From IMG/VR virus record IMGVR_UViG_3300037047_000246: DNA of 64,000 nt; one strand, 5' to 3'. The notes beneath the pieces were generated by a model. That model was not told where the DNA came from. It worked only from the letters and a program-made list of their open reading frames with translations, and made no database searches. Position numbers and translations under genes: made by a program. Positions 57,956 through 64,000 of the stretch are shown one piece after another (within the stretch, counting starts at the first letter, position 1; each line of letters begins with the position of its first letter). Source of the DNA: a virus. Its lineage: Duplodnaviria; Caudoviricetes.

Positions 57956-58228
57956 ATGAAGTACGATTTCGGCACAAAGATGAGGCTCAATGCCTTTGTC
58001 ATTGACGAAATCGCGAACGCTCTGCATCCGTCGTTTAGCGATGTGGACCGCGGGGCGGCGCAAAACGCCGTCGCCGTAGGCATGTCTGCCAATGCAGAGC
58101 TGCACGGTCTGATAGGCAAGCTGTCAGAAGCTATGAAATCTGAAGTCGACAGGCAGAGGTCCGAAATGGACATACTGCCGTCCTTGTCCGAGCGCGTTGC
58201 CGCTGTTTGGCTCCATGGACGAAGATAG
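57956..58228 (+). CDS. Small hypothetical protein
   Basis: Helical ORF ending LSERVAAVWLHGRR. Confidence 0.55.
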   Translation: MKYDFGTKMRLNAFVIDEIANALHPSFSDVDRGAAQNAVAVGMSANAELHGLIGKLSEAMKSEVDRQRSEMDILPSLSERVAAVWLHGRR

Positions 58229-58305
58229 CCTCTGGCCACTGATTTTGATGACCGGCTTGCCTGTCATACTTGCTTTGGCTGCCGTGTGGTGCAGTTAGGG
58301 CAAAG

Positions 58306-58680
58306 TCACTTGGACGGCTTCTTCATTGGAGCTCTGCGGTTGCGTTCCTGTCTGAGCTCCTCTTGCATTGCCACGAGAAAAGAGCTTGTCTGGAAAGCCA
58401 CGAACGCTTCCGGATGACTGAGCAGCGCCATTTCGAACTCATGCTTGCGCTGCGCTCTGATCCCGGCCAGCTCCTCCGGGGCTGCTTTCGGCGGATCCAC
58501 GCCCAGTTTGGTGATCCAGGCTGTCATCAGCGGCTTGTTGTTTTTGAGACATTGCGACACCTTTTTCTTGGCGTCTTTGATGCGGGTGACCATGGCTGCA
58601 AGAAGCTCTTTCAGCTTGTCGTCAGGAATGTCGCCCAGACTGCCCAGTTCAAACTGCATGGGATACTTTACATGTAGCAT
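58306..58680 (-). CDS. Hypothetical helical protein
   Basis: 124-aa ORF filling the gap. Confidence 0.6.
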   Translation of the reverse strand: MLHVKYPMQFELGSLGDIPDDKLKELLAAMVTRIKDAKKKVSQCLKNNKPLMTAWITKLGVDPPKAAPEELAGIRAQRKHEFEMALLSHPEAFVAFQTSSFLVAMQEELRQERNRRAPMKKPSK

Positions 58681-58819
58681 CTGGCATGCGGTTCCGATTG
58701 ATGGAGTTTAGGTTTCAGCCGGTCATGCGGGTCGTGGATACTGTGTGCACGGAAGCCGGACGTAAACAGATTGACCCGGAGTGTGACGAATTCTTGATTT
58801 TTCATCGCCCTGCTCGGAC

Positions 58820-59230
58820 ATGGATCTGATCCGAATAGCTCGCCGTGTGAACGACAAAGGCAAGAGTAAGAGCAAGTCAAAAAGCGCGCCTAAACCACGA
58901 GCCAAGCCGCCGGCAAAAACGTCGTTGCGAAAGACGGCGCCGGATTTGGACGTGCCGGAGGTGATGTCGGATGTGCTGGACCCCGGGGTCGAGTACTCGT
59001 TCAGTGTCAGCCTGTCTCTGACGGTGGACTTCGAAGGCGACACGCATGAGGTATCGGAGGATCGTCTTCGCAAGAAGCTGAAGGCTGAGGTCGTGGCGGC
59101 GCTCAAGGGGGCGGCGCTCATTACCGGCAATGACTTCCAGCTGCGCACCAACCGGATCCTCATAAATCCAGTCACCGTGGAATCGGCCATGAACGACCAA
59201 ACTTCGGTCGGAGACAAGGAAGGCCGGTAA
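58820..59230 (+). CDS. Hypothetical protein with Lys/Pro-rich N-terminal segment
   Basis: MDLIRIARRVNDKGKSKSKSKSAPKP. Confidence 0.7.
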   Translation: MDLIRIARRVNDKGKSKSKSKSAPKPRAKPPAKTSLRKTAPDLDVPEVMSDVLDPGVEYSFSVSLSLTVDFEGDTHEVSEDRLRKKLKAEVVAALKGAALITGNDFQLRTNRILINPVTVESAMNDQTSVGDKEGR

Positions 59231-59239
59231 CGTCGTCGT

Positions 59240-59536
59240 ATGGAATCTAACACCATCAAACTCAGAGAAGAAACCACCAAGAAAATCAACCACATCGACA
59301 ACTCCATCATGTTTTGGTCGCTGCAACTGGGCCAAATTATGATGAAGATGCGAGAGATCGAGTCCCAGATTGGTAGTTTGTACGATTTCAAGAAGTCAGC
59401 AGTGCTGGAAGACCTGAAGGCTCAGGATATCGACATCAAAGACTGCGACGTATCCACCTTGGACTCTTCCACCGTGATCATCAAGAAGTCGCCCCCAACC
59501 GGCGAACCTGGCGAACTCAAGACTCCTGGAGAGTGA
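59240..59536 (+). CDS. Coiled-coil hypothetical protein
   Basis: In frame with the previous gene across TAA-CGT-CGT-CGT. Confidence 0.7.
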   Translation: MESNTIKLREETTKKINHIDNSIMFWSLQLGQIMMKMREIESQIGSLYDFKKSAVLEDLKAQDIDIKDCDVSTLDSSTVIIKKSPPTGEPGELKTPGE

Positions 59537-59537
59537 T

Positions 59538-60860
59538 ATGCCGTGGCCGCGGGACAGAAATCCAGACCCGAGAGAGCGGATGCAGCCGGCCTGGCCGCTT
59601 TCGCCTCTGCAGGCTTTCTGCCTCTCTGGATTGCGGCTCGGCGTCTGCGATGTGCGCTGGACTGATCCGGCCGAGTTGCCAGGCAACAGCCGGTTCACAA
59701 TACTAGGCGTCAACGTGTACCGAAGCTTTGGGTCCGAATATGGCCCCTACTACCGAGTCAATGCCGTGCCGGTGGGGGCCATGTTTTGGCGAGACGCGGC
59801 GGCGTCCAAAGTCGTTCTGCAGGAAGACGTCTCCAGCAGTTTTTTGCTCAATCCTGGCGGCGAATATTTTTTCAGGACAATGCACAGCCCGGTGGTTGTG
59901 GACCCGGTGCCGGGGGGCACCAACTGCGTGTCCATGAACGTGCAAGTGACTGTTGGCGGACAACCAGCGGCTGTGGACTGGATGGATCCTGCTAACGGCA
60001 TAATCAGGCTGTCGGCTTCAGGTACGTGGGACGTGATAAATCAGCATCTGTCGAGAGCCGCTGTGGATGCCGCTTTCGGCGGGCAGGCTGGGTCGTCGAC
60101 CGCGCTGCCAGCCGGAACCGTGTTGGCTAGTTACAGGTATCTGGACAACCAGTTGCCTGTATTGGACAAAAGGATTTTTTACAAGGTCACCACCGTAGCC
60201 AGCGATGCGGACGGCAGTTTGCTGGAAACGCCGTTGGAAGAGGCAGCTGGCTGCAACGCCTACGAAATAGAGAAGCTCAACTATATCTGGCGAGAGGCCA
60301 TACGCAGAAACCACTGGATGCTGGAGCACGGAGGCGAGAGAGTCAAAGCATTCATACGAAAGAATGCAGGATTCAGTTGCGGCTGCGGTTCCGACATGCA
60401 CGGGCAGGCCAAATCTGACTGCACGGTCTGCTTCGGCACAGGCTTCATCGGCGGATACGATGGTCCGTACGACATAATGTTGGCCCCGGACGACGCAGAA
60501 ATGGGCTACAAGCAAGACATGCGCGGCAGGTCGATGGTCAAGCAATACGAGACCTGGACGGGACCAAGTCCCCTCCTGTCTCAACGGGACTTTGTGTTGA
60601 AGCTCAACGGAGACAGGTACGGCATCGGACCGGTGCGCATGCCGAGCAACCGGGGCATGCAGCTGCAGCAGTTTTTCGTAGTGTCCCACTTGGACTCTGC
60701 CGACGTTCGCTACAAGGTGCCCGCTCTGGATCCTGCGACGTTCGCCTACCCACAGACAAGATACATGGTGTCAGGTCGCGGAGATGTCGTACCCATGATC
60801 ACAGATTCAAGGGTGCACGCTGAGCGAAGCAACACGCCGGCCGGCAAAAATGAAAGCTGA
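59538..60860 (+). CDS. Putative neck / head-closure protein with CxC..CxxCxGTG zinc motif
   Basis: WXDP..NVYRS (FN3-like) N-terminus; CGC...CTVCFGTGFIGGYDGP. Confidence 0.55.
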   Translation: MPWPRDRNPDPRERMQPAWPLSPLQAFCLSGLRLGVCDVRWTDPAELPGNSRFTILGVNVYRSFGSEYGPYYRVNAVPVGAMFWRDAAASKVVLQEDVSSSFLLNPGGEYFFRTMHSPVVVDPVPGGTNCVSMNVQVTVGGQPAAVDWMDPANGIIRLSASGTWDVINQHLSRAAVDAAFGGQAGSSTALPAGTVLASYRYLDNQLPVLDKRIFYKVTTVASDADGSLLETPLEEAAGCNAYEIEKLNYIWREAIRRNHWMLEHGGERVKAFIRKNAGFSCGCGSDMHGQAKSDCTVCFGTGFIGGYDGPYDIMLAPDDAEMGYKQDMRGRSMVKQYETWTGPSPLLSQRDFVLKLNGDRYGIGPVRMPSNRGMQLQQFFVVSHLDSADVRYKVPALDPATFAYPQTRYMVSGRGDVVPMITDSRVHAERSNTPAGKNES

Positions 60861-60865
60861 CGCCC

Positions 60866-61522
60866 ATGCCTGACGTGTCGACTACGGCCCTTCGTGCGGC
60901 CGTGTCCAGAATCGCAGACGACATGGTGGAGAACCTGGCTGTGCAGGGCCTGAGGGTACTCAAGAAGACTCTTGACGAAGCTGGCGTCCCGGAGAGTTTG
61001 AAGCAATACGAAGTTTACTCGCATGTGTCCGGCAACTCGGTGATTTTCGAAATAATTGTGGACGCAGACAAAGTAATGGCCACAGATCCGAGGACCATGG
61101 CTGCCATCAGTACTGAGTCGTCCAAGCTGCGAAAGCAAATGATGGCCAAGGTCTCTAAATCGTTCGAAATGGGCTCAGAAGGCCCTAGGCGGGTTGTCAG
61201 AGACGCCAGGACAGGAACTGCAGACGCCCGCAGCAGAGCCTCAGACTCCAGGAAACCGGCGCTTGATGCGCGACGCAGGATGGGTACAGGCGGCAGCGCT
61301 GCCATGGACCAGATAGAAAACCCTCGCGGCATGGAGCTCACGCCTAGCGGCAAACTGTCCGTGACTTTGGAGCGGTCGACTGTAAGCGGCAAATTCGGAC
61401 TGAAGTTGCCAAAAGACTCGTTTCAGGGCATTATGGGCGAGTTTATGACGAGGATCGAAAAGGTCTTATCCAACAGGTTTGTCGAAGAGATGAGCTCCAT
61501 ACTGGCTAGTCGTTCGCCATGA
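60866..61522 (+). CDS. Hypothetical protein
   Basis: Co-directional; ATGA overlap with the next gene. Confidence 0.65.
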   Translation: MPDVSTTALRAAVSRIADDMVENLAVQGLRVLKKTLDEAGVPESLKQYEVYSHVSGNSVIFEIIVDADKVMATDPRTMAAISTESSKLRKQMMAKVSKSFEMGSEGPRRVVRDARTGTADARSRASDSRKPALDARRRMGTGGSAAMDQIENPRGMELTPSGKLSVTLERSTVSGKFGLKLPKDSFQGIMGEFMTRIEKVLSNRFVEEMSSILASRSP

Positions 61523-62094
61523 AAATGTGCAGGATCACTAACCTGACTTCGATGAGTCTGGTCATCGAAGATATAGGAGTGCGGCTGCAGCCGGCAGGCG
61601 GTTTGAGCTCAGTAGTTGTGCAGGCGTCCACTGCCGAAGCGTCCATAGACTTGAAACGGTATGCCAAATGGCTGCGCATGGACAGTTTCGAAATAACTGC
61701 GCCGCGTGCAATGCCGCGCGCAGACCAGAGCCCGAGTGCGGCTCCGAGGCCGGCCCCCGCTGTAGCGGCCCCAGCCGTGCCGCCCCCGCCCCATGACAGA
61801 GACAAGCCTGAGCTGGATATGCTTCGACAGTCCGTGGACCGTATGCAGTCTCGCCAAGAAGAGCTGTTCGACATGCTGCGAGCAGCGTTTCGCGGGAGGC
61901 CTCAAGAGTCTTCTGCTGGTCAGACCAATACGGGGGCCCGCCCAGCGCCAGAGCCGGCGCCAGAGCCTGTCGTGCTCGTAGGCAATATTGTGCCAAAATC
62001 AGTGGAAGTGGCCGTGCACGCCAAAGAAGATGTGCACCAGAGAGACGACTTTGACTCGGCTCTGGCTGCTTTGAAAAAAGCCAGAGGCAAGTAA
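61519..62094 (+). CDS. Hypothetical protein with Pro-rich linkers and a coiled segment
   Basis: Directly upstream of the actin-like gene. Confidence 0.65.
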   Translation: MKMCRITNLTSMSLVIEDIGVRLQPAGGLSSVVVQASTAEASIDLKRYAKWLRMDSFEITAPRAMPRADQSPSAAPRPAPAVAAPAVPPPPHDRDKPELDMLRQSVDRMQSRQEELFDMLRAAFRGRPQESSAGQTNTGARPAPEPAPEPVVLVGNIVPKSVEVAVHAKEDVHQRDDFDSALAALKKARGK

Positions 62095-62124
62095 AGTAGT
62101 ACTCGATACGCAAATGGAGAAGTT

Positions 62125-63147
62125 ATGTCCAAGGACGACAAGCTGAAGAGTGACGCTAGCCAGGACGCTGGGGCGGGTCTTGACTGCGGCACTATGAACT
62201 TCGTGGCAGCGCGGCGCGGCAGCAACAAGGGCGTAAAGACGTCTAGGCTTCGCAATGCGTTTCTTGATTTGCCGCCAGAGCACAAGCGCATGCTCAAGCT
62301 GTCGAAGACGAGCTACATAGAATACGACGGACGTCTGCTTGTGATTGGTGACGAAGCCATTTCAACCGCCAATTTGTTCAACAAAGAGGCTCGCAGACCG
62401 ATGGCAGCCGGCATCATTGCGGCAGGCGAAATCGATGCTCAAGGGGTCATGGCTGTCATGGTCAGGCACTTGCTCGGAGACCCGAGACACGGCGAACCAT
62501 GTTGCTTTTCCGTGCCCGCGCCGGCGCTGGACGTGCAGGAGTCCGACACCACGTACCACAAAGCCGTGCTGTCGAAAATACTGACTGAGCTCGGGTACTC
62601 GCCTCAGCCAGTGAATGAAGCCCTGGCGGTTGTGTACTCGGAATGCGTCCAGGAGAACTTCTCAGGACTTGCGCTGTCGTTCGGGTCAGGTATGACCAAC
62701 GTGTGCCTTGCCTGCAACGCGATGTCTGCCCTTGAATTCAGCTTGGCACGAGGCGGCGACTGGGTGGATAGAGGAGCGGCGCGTGCAGTAGGTACGACTT
62801 CGGCCAAAATCTGCGCAATCAAGGAAGCTGGAGTGGACCTGGCTGCGACCAAGTCTCGAGAGGAAGAAGCCATCGCGTTGTATGTGCAAGCGCTTATCGA
62901 CTACGCCATGGACAACATCATCGCTCGCTTCTCCAGCGCCCGCGGGGAAATTCTCGTTCCGAAGCCGATACCGATCGTCATTAGCGGAGGAACCTCTCTC
63001 GCTGGCGGATTCGTCGACAAGTTCAAAGAGAGGTTTGAGCTGTACCGGAGCAAGTTCCCCGTGCAAGTGTCGGACATCAGACCCGCGAAGGATCCGATGA
63101 CTGCTGTTGCGTCTGGACTGCTTCTGTACTCGCAAATGGAAGACTAG
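62125..63147 (+). CDS. Actin-like ATPase (ParM/MreB/AlpC superfamily)
   Basis: GLDCGTMN (phosphate 1), SFGSGMTN (phosphate 2), ISGGTS (adenosine), DPMTAVASG (connect 2); GGAG RBS. Confidence 0.85.
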   Translation: MSKDDKLKSDASQDAGAGLDCGTMNFVAARRGSNKGVKTSRLRNAFLDLPPEHKRMLKLSKTSYIEYDGRLLVIGDEAISTANLFNKEARRPMAAGIIAAGEIDAQGVMAVMVRHLLGDPRHGEPCCFSVPAPALDVQESDTTYHKAVLSKILTELGYSPQPVNEALAVVYSECVQENFSGLALSFGSGMTNVCLACNAMSALEFSLARGGDWVDRGAARAVGTTSAKICAIKEAGVDLAATKSREEEAIALYVQALIDYAMDNIIARFSSARGEILVPKPIPIVISGGTSLAGGFVDKFKERFELYRSKFPVQVSDIRPAKDPMTAVASGLLLYSQMED

Positions 63148-63170
63148 TCCCTTTATTGATAGGCACGAAC

Positions 63171-63593
63171 ATGAACAAGTTTAGAGGCCTCACCATTCCA
63201 GTTTTGACCGAAACCGGTCTGTTCAGCCTTCAAGGCAAAACTCCTGCGGCTCCTGCGGCTCCTGCGGCTCCTGCGGCTCCTGCGGCTCCTGCGGCTCCTG
63301 CGGCTCCTGCAGCTCCTAAGACCGCGACCCCTGCGACCCCTGCGGCTCCTGCTTCGGCGCCCAAGACCATGCCGTCCGCCGCTCCGGTAGATTCGGCGGA
63401 ATACCTGAAGGAAGACTTTTCCGACGCACTCGCCGCTCAGGCAGTCGTAGCCGCGGAAGAAGAGCCGATGCTGCTCGAGGAAAAGCGTGTCTTGGACGCC
63501 GATTCGGAGTCCGATTCCGCGACCAGTGCGAGCACCACCCCCGCAGCGTCTGTCAAAGATCATCAGGATAAGGCCAAGAAACGCCGCAGGTAA
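63171..63593 (+). CDS. Low-complexity (PAA)8 protein
   Basis: Translation shows PAA repeats then an acidic segment. Confidence 0.7.
   Translation: MNKFRGLTIPVLTETGLFSLQGKTPAAPAAPAAPAAPAAPAAPAAPAAPKTATPATPAAPASAPKTMPSAAPVDSAEYLKEDFSDALAAQAVVAAEEEPMLLEEKRVLDADSESDSATSASTTPAASVKDHQDKAKKRRR
63243..63314 (+). repeat. 9-nt tandem repeat (cctgcggct) x7 plus one variant copy
   Basis: Seen directly in the sequence. Confidence 0.95.
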
Positions 63594-63599
63594 TACCTC

Positions 63600-64000
63600 A
63601 TGATGATGTCGTGGCTCACGAACGCCTCCAAGAGGCGTGTGATCGAGGAGCTCCGCAGCATACTGCATGAGCATCCTAGGTATAGATCTGACTCCAAGAA
63701 CGTAGTCAACAAGTTCTCGTTCAAAGAGCGGCCTCAGCGCGGCATCGTGGTGAGCGGCACATCAGCCGACCGGGTTGGCCTTTCGGCATCTGACTATGTT
63801 GGGCGGTTGTCGTCCTTTGTGATGCTGACCCAATACAAGGACTGTCCTGGCACGACAGTGGAGTGGGTGAGGGAAAACTTCCCTTTGCTGGAGCAATACT
63901 CGAAACGCAGAGACGTATTCCCCAGCCCTCCCGGCGCGTACCTCATAGAGGTGCAAAGTCTGCCTGATCAAGCCAGGGGCGTGCCCGGCAAATTCGTTGT
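63600..64000 (+). CDS. Hypothetical virion protein, 3'-truncated; not in the supplied track
   Basis: Open frame MMMSWLTNASKRRVIEELRSILHEHPRY... running to the window end. Confidence 0.7.
   Translation, partial: MMMSWLTNASKRRVIEELRSILHEHPRYRSDSKNVVNKFSFKERPQRGIVVSGTSADRVGLSASDYVGRLSSFVMLTQYKDCPGTTVEWVRENFPLLEQYSKRRDVFPSPPGAYLIEVQSLPDQARGVPGKFV

Overview
A 64-kb segment of a large, GC-rich dsDNA tailed phage (jumbo-phage-like). The host is unknown; the RpoH-like sigma factor and the transglycosylase architecture weakly suggest a myxobacterium or other deltaproteobacterium (inference). The left ~17.4 kb is the head module: terminase large subunit, portal, putative internal head proteins, prohead protease, scaffold, decoration protein and major capsid protein. 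Four LAGLIDADG inteins interrupt terminase, portal and protease (two). The rest mixes virion/neck/fibre genes with accessory genes: VWA protein, PTH2-like peptidyl-tRNA hydrolase, 2H phosphoesterase, SET methyltransferase, Vsr, GT51 transglycosylase, minimal ligase, sigma factor and an actin-like ATPase. Several free-standing nuclease genes are present; three are fused to a Mom-like GNAT domain and one to an amino-methyltransferase. The most unusual signal is a set of stop-codon-related elements: (i) a class II tRNA with anticodon UUA (ochre suppressor); (ii) upstream on the same strand, a probably leaderless uORF whose UAA is followed in frame by an RGPP arrest-like motif, whose codons can pair with the next gene's Shine-Dalgarno; (iii) an RF1-like release factor split by a prfB-type CTT-TGA-C +1 frameshift site and preceded by a similar uORF. 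All family assignments are by eye from motifs; no searches or folding programs were run.
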